DNA of 64,000 nt from Bacteroidales bacterium (GTDB lineage: Bacteria > Bacteroidota > Bacteroidia > Bacteroidales > PUMT01), in the NCBI GenBank assembly GCA_007134675.1, contig SLKJ01000030.1:1998-65997 (forward strand), written 5' to 3'. The position numbers and the translations under genes were made by a program. Shown here piece by piece: positions 37,914 through 47,901 of the stretch. Within the stretch, counting starts at the first letter, position 1, and each line of letters opens with the position of its first letter. The notes beneath the pieces are model-generated. The model saw nothing but the letters and a program-made list of their open reading frames with translations. It had not been told where the DNA came from and searched no databases.

Positions 37914-39095
37914 GTGAAGCTACTCAGGGAAAAAATTGATAAGATAAAGCCTCATTTTCAGAAGGGAGGGAGATTTGAAATGCTCCATTCCACTTTTGAT
38001 GCATTTGAGACTTTTTTATTTGTGCCGGACAAGGTAACCAACAGGGGGGCGCATATACGCGACAGCATAGACATGAAAAGGACCATGATAATAGTTGTCA
38101 CCGCTATGGTCCCGGCTCTGTTATTTGGGATGTGGAATACCGGATACCAGCATTTTATCGCGACAGGCACCGAAGCTGGTTTCTTTGATAATTTTCTGCA
38201 CGGGTTTGTTAAAGTTATGCCTATAGTAGTTGTATCCTATGTAAGCGGGCTTGCGGTGGAGTTTATTTTTGCCCAGATAAGGAACCATGAGGTCAATGAG
38301 GGCTTTCTTGTGACCGGAATGCTTATCCCGTTGATCGTTCCTGTAGATGTTCCCCTTTGGATGGTATCGGTTGCCACCATTTTTGCCGTAATAATCGGCA
38401 AGGAAGTGTTTGGAGGCACAGGTATGAATATCCTCAATCCGGCACTTACAGCAAGGGCCTTTTTGTTCTTTGCATACCCCACCTATATGTCGGGAGATTT
38501 TGTTTGGATCAGCGGTCTTCTCAAGGGAGAAGGGATAGTTGACGGTTTTTCCGGTGCAACACCCCTGGCAAATGCTTCCCTTGGCAATACAGAGGCTGTT
38601 CCTTCAGCAATGGAAATGTTCCTTGGCACTATACCGGGATCAATAGGAGAGACATCCACCCTTGCTATTCTTATCGGGGCTGCAATTCTGTGGTTTACCG
38701 GGGTAGGAAGCATCAGGATTATAGCCTCGGTTTTTGTGGGAGGATTAACAATGGGTCTGATTCTGAATGCATTTGCCGTCAATCCCTTTATGGAAATTCC
38801 TGCATGGAAGCATCTTATAATGGGAGGCTTTGCCTTTGGGGCGGTGTATATGGCCACTGACCCTGTTACGGCATCGCAGACTGACAAGGGAAAATATATT
38901 TATGGGTTTCTGGTCGGATTTCTGGCAATACTTATAAGAGTATTAAACCCTGCCTATCCGGAAGGCATGATGCTTGCAATCCTCTTTATGAATGTCTTTG
39001 CCCCTCTGATCGACCACAATGTTATACAGGCAAATATCAAACGCAGGCTTAAAAGGGCATCCGGAGGATCAAATACATTAAACAAAGTACAATGA
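37914..39095 (+). CDS. nqrB: Na+-NQR subunit B
   Basis: Polytopic membrane protein with the FMN-attachment context GFSGATPL. GTG start. Confidence 0.9.
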   Translation: MKLLREKIDKIKPHFQKGGRFEMLHSTFDAFETFLFVPDKVTNRGAHIRDSIDMKRTMIIVVTAMVPALLFGMWNTGYQHFIATGTEAGFFDNFLHGFVKVMPIVVVSYVSGLAVEFIFAQIRNHEVNEGFLVTGMLIPLIVPVDVPLWMVSVATIFAVIIGKEVFGGTGMNILNPALTARAFLFFAYPTYMSGDFVWISGLLKGEGIVDGFSGATPLANASLGNTEAVPSAMEMFLGTIPGSIGETSTLAILIGAAILWFTGVGSIRIIASVFVGGLTMGLILNAFAVNPFMEIPAWKHLIMGGFAFGAVYMATDPVTASQTDKGKYIYGFLVGFLAILIRVLNPAYPEGMMLAILFMNVFAPLIDHNVIQANIKRRLKRASGGSNTLNKVQ

Positions 39096-39829
39096 AGCAG
39101 AGTAGTGATACCTATATATTTTTATATGCATCTGTAATGGTTGTAGTTGTTGCAGCATTGCTTTCAGTGGTGGCTACTGTTCTGAGGCCATATCAGGAGC
39201 TGAACATAGAGATTGCCAGAAAGCTCGATATTTTGAGATCCGTCGAAAAAGCAGAGCTGGTCGCCCGGGTACCTGACAGAAATGCTTATGTTGAAGAGGA
39301 GTATGAAAGGTATATAGTCGAAAGTTATGTGATTAATTATCGCGGAGAGAGGCAGGATGATGTTGATGCCTTTACCGTTAACGTGCGGGATGAGCTCAGA
39401 AAACCTCTTGAGCAGAGGAACCTTCCGATCTTTGTTTCAAGGGATGATGAAGGCAGTGAAAGATATATTTTTCCGGTTCATGGTCGCGGTCTTTGGGGGC
39501 CTGTTTATGGTTATGTGGCGCTTGAAGAGGATTACAATACCATCTTCGGTGTTATTTTTGACCATGACAGTGAAACACCGGGCCTTGGAGCTGAAATAAA
39601 TACCCGCTCTTTTCAGAATCAGTTCAAGGGGAAAAAGATCTTTGACGAAACAGGAGAATTTGTTTCGGTAAGTGTAATTAAACCAGGTTCAGCGGCTTTG
39701 AATGAGCATCGTGTTGACGGAATATCAGGCGGGACTATTACCAGCCAGGGTGTTGAGGAGATGCTCCAGGAGGTCCTTGGCAGCTATGAAAATTATTTTA
39801 GGAACCAAAAAAATCATGATCATGAGTAA
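39092..39829 (+). CDS. nqrC: Na+-NQR subunit C
   Basis: Single N-terminal TM helix and the FMN-binding motif VDGISGGTITS. ATGA overlap with nqrB. Confidence 0.9.
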   Translation: MKQSSDTYIFLYASVMVVVVAALLSVVATVLRPYQELNIEIARKLDILRSVEKAELVARVPDRNAYVEEEYERYIVESYVINYRGERQDDVDAFTVNVRDELRKPLEQRNLPIFVSRDDEGSERYIFPVHGRGLWGPVYGYVALEEDYNTIFGVIFDHDSETPGLGAEINTRSFQNQFKGKKIFDETGEFVSVSVIKPGSAALNEHRVDGISGGTITSQGVEEMLQEVLGSYENYFRNQKNHDHE

Positions 39830-40475
39830 ATCAGAGAAAGAGCCTTTATTTTCGGCAAAGAACATAAAACTGTTGAGCACACCTCTTAATGATGAAAACC
39901 CGATTACCGTGCAGGTACTTGGAATATGTTCGGCGCTGGCGGTGACTGTAATGCTTGAGCCGGCTGTTGTTCTTGCAGTTGCAGTTGTTGCGGTAATGGG
40001 ATCAGCAAACGTGATAATTTCACTTCTGCGGAAAACCATACCCCCCAGAATACGGATCATTGTGCAGCTGGTAGTTATAGCATCGCTGGTAATTCTGGTG
40101 GACCAGGTACTGAAAGCCTTCTTTTATGATGTCAGCCGGCAGCTATCGGTTTTCGTGGGACTTATTATAACAAACTGCATCATTATGGGACGCCTCGAGG
40201 CGTTTGCCCTTGGCAATAAAACATGGCCCTCATTTCTTGATGGTGTTGGAAATGCAGCCGGTTACGGGTGGATTCTGATAGTGGTTGCTTTTTTCAGGGA
40301 ACTTCTTGGTTCAGGAACACTATGGGGCTATCCTGTGATTGAAACTCTTGGGTTCTACAACCTGGGTTATGAAAATAACGGTTTTATGATTCTTCCGCCC
40401 ATGGCACTTATAACAGTTGGAGTCATTATATGGGTACAAAGGGCCAGAAACAGAAAACTTATTGAATCAAATTAA
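39822..40475 (+). CDS. nqrD: Na+-NQR subunit D
   Basis: NPITVQVLGICSALAVT... is the NqrD/RnfE family signature. Start at the ATG at 39822, overlapping the nqrC stop. Confidence 0.9.
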   Translation: MSKSEKEPLFSAKNIKLLSTPLNDENPITVQVLGICSALAVTVMLEPAVVLAVAVVAVMGSANVIISLLRKTIPPRIRIIVQLVVIASLVILVDQVLKAFFYDVSRQLSVFVGLIITNCIIMGRLEAFALGNKTWPSFLDGVGNAAGYGWILIVVAFFRELLGSGTLWGYPVIETLGFYNLGYENNGFMILPPMALITVGVIIWVQRARNRKLIESN

Positions 40476-40487
40476 AAATCTTTTGAT

Positions 40488-41105
40488 ATGGAAGGATTGG
40501 TCAATATATTTGTCAGGTCGGTGTTTATCGATAATATGGTATTTGCCTATTTTCTCGGCATGTGTTCATACCTGGCGGTATCACGTACCGTCAGTACTGC
40601 CAACGGACTGGGAATAGCTGTAGTCTTTGTTCTTGGAATCACCGTACCGGTTAATTATCTTATCGAAAATTACTTTCTAAGTGCTGGTGCCATGGCATGG
40701 CTTGGGGAAGGGTTTGCCGCTATTGATCTGAGTTTCCTCAGCTTTATCATGTTCATAGCCGTAATTGCATCAATGGTACAGCTGGTTGAAATGATAGTTG
40801 AGAAATTTGCACCCGCCCTCTATTCTTCACTGGGTATTTTTCTGCCTCTTATTGCCGTGAACTGTGCAATACTTGGGGGCTCGCTGTTTATGCAGGAAAG
40901 GGAATACGCAAATATTGCCGAAGCAACATCATTCGGACTCGGTTCAGGTGTGGGTTTTTACCTTGCTATTGTCGGTATTGCTGCAATACGTGAAAAAATA
41001 AGATATTCAAATGTACCCGGGCCTTTGCGGGGACTGGGGATTACGTTTATCGTGACCGGGCTGATGGGAATTGCCTTTATGAGTTTTATGGGGATCAAAC
41101 TCTAG
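40488..41105 (+). CDS. nqrE: Na+-NQR subunit E
   Basis: [20 protein letters not shown] is the NqrE/RnfA family signature. Length is 205 aa. Confidence 0.9.
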   Translation: MEGLVNIFVRSVFIDNMVFAYFLGMCSYLAVSRTVSTANGLGIAVVFVLGITVPVNYLIENYFLSAGAMAWLGEGFAAIDLSFLSFIMFIAVIASMVQLVEMIVEKFAPALYSSLGIFLPLIAVNCAILGGSLFMQEREYANIAEATSFGLGSGVGFYLAIVGIAAIREKIRYSNVPGPLRGLGITFIVTGLMGIAFMSFMGIKL

Positions 41106-41144
41106 TAAAGGATATAAATAATAAATTAAGTAAAGTTTAGCAAT

Positions 41145-42401
41145 ATGATCTTTTTAACATCACAGGGTCTGGTTGTAATAATAAGCATAGTTGTTTTTTT
41201 TGTGGTAATACTTACCCTTGTGTCAGTCTTGCTCTTTGCCAGGTCGAAACTAACACCATCAGGAGAAGTGAAACTTACCATTAACGATGAAAAGGAGTTT
41301 ACCATTCAACCCGGGTCAACTGTACTTTCCACACTCTCCGAAAATGAAATTTATCTGCCGTCAGCCTGTGGAGGAGGGGGTACCTGTGCAATGTGCAAAT
41401 GCCAGATTCTTGAGGGAGGTGGCACAATACTTCCTACGGAGAAGGATTTTTTTACAAGGCGCGAACAACAGGAGTTGTGGAGACTTGGCTGCCAGGTCAA
41501 GATAAAGGAGGACATGAAGATACGGGTTCCGGAAGAGGTTATGGGGATTAAGAAATGGGAGTGTGAAGTGGTCAGCAACCATAATGTCGCAACCTTCATT
41601 AAGGAGTTTGTTGTCCGGCTTCCTGAAGGAGAGGATATGGATTTCAAACCGGGCGGATACATACAGATTGATGTTCCCAAAACAGAAGTAGATTTCAGAG
41701 ATTTTGATGTTGAAGAAGAGTTTCGGGATGAGTGGGACCAGTTCAAGATGTGGGATCTTAAGATGAAGAATCCTGAGTCCACCTACCGGGCTTATTCAAT
41801 GGCCAATCATCCTGCCGAAGGTAACATAATAATGCTCAATATCAGGATTGCAACACCCCCATGGGACAGGGCCAGGGGAGCATTTATGAATGTTAATCCG
41901 GGAGTCTGTTCTTCATACATATTCTCCCGGAAACCGGGCGATAAAGTTACCATTTCCGGGCCTTATGGCGATTTCTTTATCAAGGAATCTGATAATGAGA
42001 TGGTATATATTGGCGGTGGTGCAGGTATGGCTCCCCTGCGTTCACACCTTTTCCATCTTTTCCATACCCTGAAGTCCAGCAGAAAAGCATCATACTGGTA
42101 CGGAGCACGTTCATTGCGGGAGGTGTTTTATGAGGATGATTTCAGAAAAATAGAAAAAGAGTTTCCCAACTTCAAATTCAATATAGCACTCTCCGAACCA
42201 AAACCTGAGGATAACTGGTCCGGTTATACCGGGTTCATACACCAGGTTGTTTATGACAATTATCTGGGAAAACATGAGGATCCTGATGAAATTGAGTATT
42301 ATCTTTGCGGACCGCCTATGATGAATGATGCAGTGCTCAAGATGCTGTATGACCTTGGAGTGCCTGATGAAATGGTTGACCTTGATGATTTTGGAGGATG
42401 A
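41145..42401 (+). CDS. nqrF: Na+-NQR subunit F
   Basis: N-terminal TM helix, 2Fe-2S ferredoxin motif [12 protein letters not shown], and FAD/NADH domain ([16 protein letters not shown]). Confidence 0.9.
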   Translation: MIFLTSQGLVVIISIVVFFVVILTLVSVLLFARSKLTPSGEVKLTINDEKEFTIQPGSTVLSTLSENEIYLPSACGGGGTCAMCKCQILEGGGTILPTEKDFFTRREQQELWRLGCQVKIKEDMKIRVPEEVMGIKKWECEVVSNHNVATFIKEFVVRLPEGEDMDFKPGGYIQIDVPKTEVDFRDFDVEEEFRDEWDQFKMWDLKMKNPESTYRAYSMANHPAEGNIIMLNIRIATPPWDRARGAFMNVNPGVCSSYIFSRKPGDKVTISGPYGDFFIKESDNEMVYIGGGAGMAPLRSHLFHLFHTLKSSRKASYWYGARSLREVFYEDDFRKIEKEFPNFKFNIALSEPKPEDNWSGYTGFIHQVVYDNYLGKHEDPDEIEYYLCGPPMMNDAVLKMLYDLGVPDEMVDLDDFGG

Positions 42402-43405
42402 TGATCAGACCGGTTTTTATAGTTTTATTTCCGTTGCTTTTTTTGTATTCCTGCAATACAAGGCATGAAAGGCTTTTTATCTACCTTAACGGTTTCACGC
42501 AGGGAACCAGTTACCACATAACCTATAACTCTCCGGATTCAATTGATTATCACCCGCATATTAAAGAAATATTTGAGGTGATAGACCTTTCAATGTCAAT
42601 ATATAATCCGGAATCAATCATTTCGGCAATAAACAGAGGTGAGGATGATGTTGAGCCGGATGATTACTTTATTGAAGTATTCAGGCGTGCAATGGAGATA
42701 TCTGAGATGACCCGTGGAGCATTTGATATAACAGTCGGGCCACTTGTAAATGCATGGGGTTTTGGTTTCACTGAAAGGGAGAATATTACCCCGGAGCTGA
42801 TTGACAGTCTCCGACAGCTCGTAGGCTGGGAGAAGGTCCGGCTTGAGAACCGCACCATAATGAAGGATCAGCCGGGTGTGATCCTTGATATGAATGCAAT
42901 TGCCAAAGGTTATACTGTTGATGTAGTGGCAGATTTTTTTGATAATGAGGGCGTTACCGACTATATGATTGAGGTTGGAGGGGAGATCCGGGTAAAGGGC
43001 CTTAACCGGAACAATCAGTTATGGCGCATAGGTGTGGATAAGCCCGTTGATGACCCCGCTGCAGTATCAAGGGAGCTTCAGGAAGTGCTTCATCTTACAG
43101 GTGCGGCACTGGCCACATCGGGCAATTACCGCAGGTTCTATATTGAGGACGGACAAAGGTTTGCTCACACCATAGATCCTTCGACAGGTTATCCCGTGCA
43201 GCATAATCTTTTGAGCGCAACTGTAATAGCTCCCACGGCAATGGACGCTGATGCATTTGCAACAGCATTTATGGTCATGGGTCTGGAGGAAAGTTTGGAA
43301 TTTGCTGAGAGCAATCCTGATCTGGAGGCCTATTTTATATATGATCAGAATGGGGTATCAGCGGTTGCACAAACCCCGGGCATTAACCATATTATAAAAA
43401 GGTAG
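42398..43405 (+). CDS. apbE: FAD:protein FMN transferase (flavin transferase)
   Basis: Lipoprotein-like N-terminus, [15 protein letters not shown] and AIAKGY motifs. ATGA overlap with nqrF. Confidence 0.85.
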   Translation: MMIRPVFIVLFPLLFLYSCNTRHERLFIYLNGFTQGTSYHITYNSPDSIDYHPHIKEIFEVIDLSMSIYNPESIISAINRGEDDVEPDDYFIEVFRRAMEISEMTRGAFDITVGPLVNAWGFGFTERENITPELIDSLRQLVGWEKVRLENRTIMKDQPGVILDMNAIAKGYTVDVVADFFDNEGVTDYMIEVGGEIRVKGLNRNNQLWRIGVDKPVDDPAAVSRELQEVLHLTGAALATSGNYRRFYIEDGQRFAHTIDPSTGYPVQHNLLSATVIAPTAMDADAFATAFMVMGLEESLEFAESNPDLEAYFIYDQNGVSAVAQTPGINHIIKR

Positions 43406-43483
43406 GGACTCTTTTTTATCTGAACCCTTTCGGGGAAATTTCTGCTGTTGCTGAATCTTTGAGAATGTTTATTGAATGATAAC

Positions 43484-43687
43484 TCAGGTTTGTCCGGCAT
43501 CATTTGAACCGCATGGCTGCCGGCTGCCGCATCCACATTCAATACCCCTGCTGTCAAGTTCGGGTGTATTTCTGCATGAACCACCCGAAAATTTCCTGTC
43601 TTTTCCAAAAAACAGCCTTACCGAGAGTGCTCCAAAGGCAAAAATAACCAGAACAAGTGTTATTAATATGAGATTAAGTATTTCCAT
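43484..43687 (-). CDS. nqrM: (Na+)-NQR maturation protein NqrM-like small membrane protein
   Basis: 67 aa with one TM helix, then FGKDRKFSGGSCRNTPELDSRGIECGCGSRQPC. This resembles the NqrM pattern (basic stretch, GSCGG..., GIE.ECDC..PC). It is adjacent to apbE. Confidence 0.6.
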   Translation of the reverse strand: MEILNLILITLVLVIFAFGALSVRLFFGKDRKFSGGSCRNTPELDSRGIECGCGSRQPCGSNDAGQT

Positions 43688-43878
43688 TATTCTGTAAGGA
43701 AAATTAACGAATCAGATTATTTTGCGGATTATTGATTATCGCTTTTATATTATTAAACACCTGTCGGCGACAATTGTTTTAATAGCCCCCCCAAAAAATA
43801 TTTATACTCTGAAGTATCAATTTCTGAATTATCAATTTCTGAAGGATTGATTTATGAAATTTCAGATTCCGGTAATTG

Positions 43879-44973
43879 CTATTCCGGTTCATCCAGGGGA
43901 CTATCCATGCTAACCTTGCTGAAAAGGTAACCGAATGGGTTTAATACCGGAACATGGCGGCAAACCACTGCGATCATTGCGAATACCGGTATTGAGAGCA
44001 CCATCCCCATGATACCCCATATTTCATATCCAAGTATAACTGAAAGAATTATAAAGAACGGGTGAACATCCAGTTTGCCCCCCAGAACAATTGGCTGGAG
44101 AATATAGGTGTCGATAATCTGTGCAATAGCAAATGTCAGTGTAATTCCTATCAGCTCACCCATCCCCCCGGTGGTAACCAGACTCACTGCCAAAGCAAGA
44201 CAATATCCTATAAAATTACCTACAATTGGTATGATGGAAAGTGCAGCAGCTATTAAGCTTATCAGTAGGGCATTTTCCAGTCCCGAAATAAAAAGGCCTG
44301 TAAAGTACAAAATTGTCAGAAAAACCATCAGTAACAGTTTCCCTGCCAGATACCTTCTGCTCACGGAAGAGGAGATTGAAATAATGCCGGCCACTTCATC
44401 CCGCTTTTCATTGGGAAAGAATCTGATGATAAACTCCTTGAACCTGTAACGGAAATGAATTATAAGGAATATGTATACGACAATGATCAGCAGCCGGGTC
44501 ATGAACCCAAACAGGACTCCCATCATGGTTAATGCCTGTCTGCGATGATAACCCTGATAATACACTGTTTCATCATCCAGCATTTTTGTTCTATCACGGG
44601 TAAAAATATTTAATTGCTCTTTTTCAAGGGGGGTATTTTCAACAAGATATTCTGATAACTCATCAATTGTCTCCTCCAGTCTGATTTGAATTTCCTCCCA
44701 GTCGTCAGTAAAACCTTTGATCTGTGATAATATTATTGTCAAATAGGTTGCACTTACAGCAATCAGTATCAGAACTGATGTAAGTGTGGCAAGGATCTTG
44801 TTCATTCCCCATTTTTCCAGCTTATTTGTTATAGGGAACATCAGAAAGGCAAGGACCATCGCCGTAATAAGCGGTACAAGGAAAGATTCTGCTTTTACCA
44901 GTCCTGTAAACAGAAAATAAAATGCAATCAGGGTGAGAGCAGGGTACAAAACTATTTTTTTCCCATTTTTCAT
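43879..44973 (-). CDS. AI-2E family transporter (PerM-like permease)
   Basis: 364 aa with about 8 TM helices and the characteristic large loop after TM3. The C-terminal part has the conserved IPIVG..IG motif. Confidence 0.8.
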   Translation of the reverse strand: MKNGKKIVLYPALTLIAFYFLFTGLVKAESFLVPLITAMVLAFLMFPITNKLEKWGMNKILATLTSVLILIAVSATYLTIILSQIKGFTDDWEEIQIRLEETIDELSEYLVENTPLEKEQLNIFTRDRTKMLDDETVYYQGYHRRQALTMMGVLFGFMTRLLIIVVYIFLIIHFRYRFKEFIIRFFPNEKRDEVAGIISISSSVSRRYLAGKLLLMVFLTILYFTGLFISGLENALLISLIAAALSIIPIVGNFIGYCLALAVSLVTTGGMGELIGITLTFAIAQIIDTYILQPIVLGGKLDVHPFFIILSVILGYEIWGIMGMVLSIPVFAMIAVVCRHVPVLNPFGYLFSKVSMDSPLDEPE

Positions 44974-45038
44974 GTATATAAAACAGCTTAATCAAATTAA
45001 TAACCGGTCTCTTTTCACCGGTTGAGCAACCGGTACTT

Positions 45039-45257
45039 TCAGGTACAGCATGAACCACGGCTTTTCCCTTTACCTTCACAATGCATCTCATCATTTTTCA
45101 CGCAGGTAATGCCACGTTTTTGCATCTCTTTGTTTCGTCCTATGGAGGTAACCGGGAACCTTCCGTTTTTTTTCAGCAGTATGCTGATTGACAGTCCCGC
45201 GAACACCATGCTAATTAATACTATAGCCGCAGCAATGACCAGAAATATCTCCTTCAT
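45039..45257 (-). CDS. Small Cys-rich single-pass membrane protein, divergent NqrM-like paralogue
   Basis: 72 aa with one TM helix, then LLKKNGRFPVTSIGRNKEMQKRGITCVKNDEMHCEGKGKSRGSCC. This is alignable by eye to the 43484-43687 product (G.RKF/RFP..S..RN.E...RGI.C). Confidence 0.4.
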   Translation of the reverse strand: MKEIFLVIAAAIVLISMVFAGLSISILLKKNGRFPVTSIGRNKEMQKRGITCVKNDEMHCEGKGKSRGSCCT

Positions 45258-45382
45258 CTGTAAAAGTTGTTCCCTTACAAAGTTAAGATTATCCTAAATT
45301 GGTTCCTAAAAAATCGGTGGTTATAATGTTGAATTATGGGGTAAATTGCCTTTGATGAATAACTGTTTGGGAATATTCTTAT

Positions 45383-45390
45383 TAAATTTG
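45383..45390 (+). promoter_or_regulatory. -7 element candidate TAaaTTTG
   Basis: Exact TAnnTTTG match, 47 nt before the ATG at 45438. Confidence 0.3.
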
Positions 45391-45437
45391 TGAATAAAGT
45401 TAACCGGAATTTAAGAAAAGGATAAACCCTGAATACC

Positions 45438-47870
45438 ATGGATGAATCATCGAGGACGGACGACAAGGAGCTTTCATTTGAAGATTTTCGAAAAGAGGTG
45501 CTGACCGATTACCGGCTTGCACATCTGAGCCGGAATCTCAGTGTTGCCGGAAGAAAAGAGGTGCTTGGCGGTAAGGCTAAATTCGGGATATTTGGAGATG
45601 GCAAGGAGATTGCCCAGATTGCCTATGCAAAGTATTTCAGGGAAGGTGACTGGAGATCGGGGTATTATCGCGATCAGACCTTTATGATGGCAGCAGGGCT
45701 TCTCAATGCCAAACAGTTTTTTGCACAGCTTTATGGTGAAACAGATCCGGAACTGAATCCCGGAAACGGGGGGCGTTCCTGTAACAATCATTTTTCTACC
45801 AGGAATATAAATGATGACGGTACCTGGTGTAATCTGATGGAGCAAAAGAATTCATCCGCCGACATTTCTCCAACAGCCGGTCAGATGCCAAGGCTTCTGG
45901 GACTTGCCTATGCGTCAAAACTTTTTCGCAGTATGCCGGAGTTGCAAAAACTGACCGGGTTTACCAGGAAAGGAAATGAAGTTGCTTTTGGCACTATTGG
46001 CGATGCCAGTACCTCTGAGGGCCATTTCTGGGAAACCATTAATGCTGCTGCTGTACTTCAAATACCAATGGCTCTGGCAATATGGGATGATGGTTACGGG
46101 ATATCAGTTCCAAGGGAATACCAGACTGCAAAAGGAAGTATTTCTGAAGTGCTCCGGGGTTTTGAGCGCTCTGATACTAGTCCGGGAATTGTCCTGCACA
46201 AAGGCAGGGGATGGGACTATCCGGGACTATGCAAGTTATTTGCAGAAGGTATTAAAATATGCCGGGAAGAGCATGTTCCTGTTGTATTTCATATTGATGA
46301 GGTCACACAGCCCCTGGGCCACTCAACTTCAGGTTCACATGAGAGATATAAATCTGCTGAAAGGCTGCAATGGGAAAAGGACTTTGATCCTTTGAAAAAG
46401 ATGCGTGAATGGATACTTGCATCGGATCTGGGCACTGATGAAGAACTGCGCACTATTGAAGAAGAGGCTCTTGAGGAGTCAGGAAATGCAAAAAAGGAAG
46501 CATGGAAAGAATACACGAAACCGGTCAAAGCTGAACGCGATGCCCTTGTAAAAATAATAGATAACCGAAGCTGTATCTGTAAACGTGAGGATTATGATAA
46601 GCCCGGGACCATTACAGCGGAGCTTAAAAAACTGCTTGCCCCCATAAGAAAGGATAATTTCAGTGCAGCCAGGAAAATCCTGCGACATGTTTGCGCTGAC
46701 TGTGAGATAAGAGAGAAGCTTCAGGCGGATCTTTCCAACTGGCTCAGCAGAAACCGGGAGGATAACATCTTAAGGTACAACTCCCTTCTATACAATGAAT
46801 CAGAGTTTTCAGTACTCAACGTTGGGGAGGTGAGTGCCAGGTATAATGATAATTCTACTGAGGTTCCCGGGCGGCAGATATTGCGTGATTTCTGGGATGT
46901 TGTCCTGGAAAGGGACCAAAGGGTTTTTATTTTCGGAGAGGATACCGGTAAAATCGGGGGAGTGAACCAAACCTATGAAGGGTTACAGAAAAAATACGGA
47001 GAAATCCGGGTAAATGATACAGGTATACGGGAAACAACAATTCTCGGGCAGGGTATAGGAATGGCATTGCGCGGATTACGGCCGGTTGCTGAAATCCAGT
47101 ACCTCGATTACCTTCTGTATGCACTTCAGACATTCAGTGATGACCTTGCAACCACGCATTACCGTTCGCGGGGAGGGCAGAGTGCACCGGTCATCGTGGT
47201 TACCCGTGGACACAGGCTTGAGGGTATCTGGCATGCCGGGTCGCCTGTCAGTATGATAATTAATTCAATACGCGGTGTGTATGTCTGCGTTCCAAGAAAC
47301 ATGACCCAGGCAGCAGGTTTATATAATACTCTGCTGCAGGGCATGGATCCGGCGATAGTTATTGAATCCCTTAATGGATACAGGCTCAGGGAAAAAAGAC
47401 CGGAAAATATCGGTGAGTACAGAATACCTCTCGGTGTGCCGGAAATAATTAATGAAGGGACAGATATTACAATTGTTACCTATGGCTCATGTGTCCGGAT
47501 AGCTCAGACTGCAACAGAACAGTTGAAGGAGTTTGATATATCTGCAGAACTTATAGATGTACAGACCCTGCTGCCGTTTGACAGGCCGGATATCATTCTT
47601 GAGTCAATCAGGAAAACCGGAAAGGTGTTGTTTTTTGATGAGGATGTGCCCGGGGGAGCCACATCATATATGATGCAGAAGGTGTTAGAGGATCGCGGAG
47701 GCTTTTTCTGCCTGGATGCGGGTCCGCAAACTCTTACCGGGAAAGATCACAGACCCGCATACACATCGGACGGGGATTATTTTACCAAACCCAACGCTGA
47801 AGACGTGTTCGACACTGTTTATGAGATGATGCACAAATCAAATCCCGCCAAATACCCCAGGCTGTTCTGA
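45438..47870 (+). CDS. Fused alpha/beta E1 component of a 2-oxoacid dehydrogenase (TPP-dependent)
   Basis: 810 aa. The N-terminal half is E1-alpha-like (TPP-binding GDASTSEG). The C-terminal half is E1-beta / transketolase pyrimidine-binding plus C-terminal domain (FGEDTGKIGGV..., ITIVTYG). Confidence 0.8.
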   Translation: MDESSRTDDKELSFEDFRKEVLTDYRLAHLSRNLSVAGRKEVLGGKAKFGIFGDGKEIAQIAYAKYFREGDWRSGYYRDQTFMMAAGLLNAKQFFAQLYGETDPELNPGNGGRSCNNHFSTRNINDDGTWCNLMEQKNSSADISPTAGQMPRLLGLAYASKLFRSMPELQKLTGFTRKGNEVAFGTIGDASTSEGHFWETINAAAVLQIPMALAIWDDGYGISVPREYQTAKGSISEVLRGFERSDTSPGIVLHKGRGWDYPGLCKLFAEGIKICREEHVPVVFHIDEVTQPLGHSTSGSHERYKSAERLQWEKDFDPLKKMREWILASDLGTDEELRTIEEEALEESGNAKKEAWKEYTKPVKAERDALVKIIDNRSCICKREDYDKPGTITAELKKLLAPIRKDNFSAARKILRHVCADCEIREKLQADLSNWLSRNREDNILRYNSLLYNESEFSVLNVGEVSARYNDNSTEVPGRQILRDFWDVVLERDQRVFIFGEDTGKIGGVNQTYEGLQKKYGEIRVNDTGIRETTILGQGIGMALRGLRPVAEIQYLDYLLYALQTFSDDLATTHYRSRGGQSAPVIVVTRGHRLEGIWHAGSPVSMIINSIRGVYVCVPRNMTQAAGLYNTLLQGMDPAIVIESLNGYRLREKRPENIGEYRIPLGVPEIINEGTDITIVTYGSCVRIAQTATEQLKEFDISAELIDVQTLLPFDRPDIILESIRKTGKVLFFDEDVPGGATSYMMQKVLEDRGGFFCLDAGPQTLTGKDHRPAYTSDGDYFTKPNAEDVFDTVYEMMHKSNPAKYPRLF

Positions 47871-47901
47871 TTTTTTGTTAATCATACCCGTTACCGGATT
47901 C

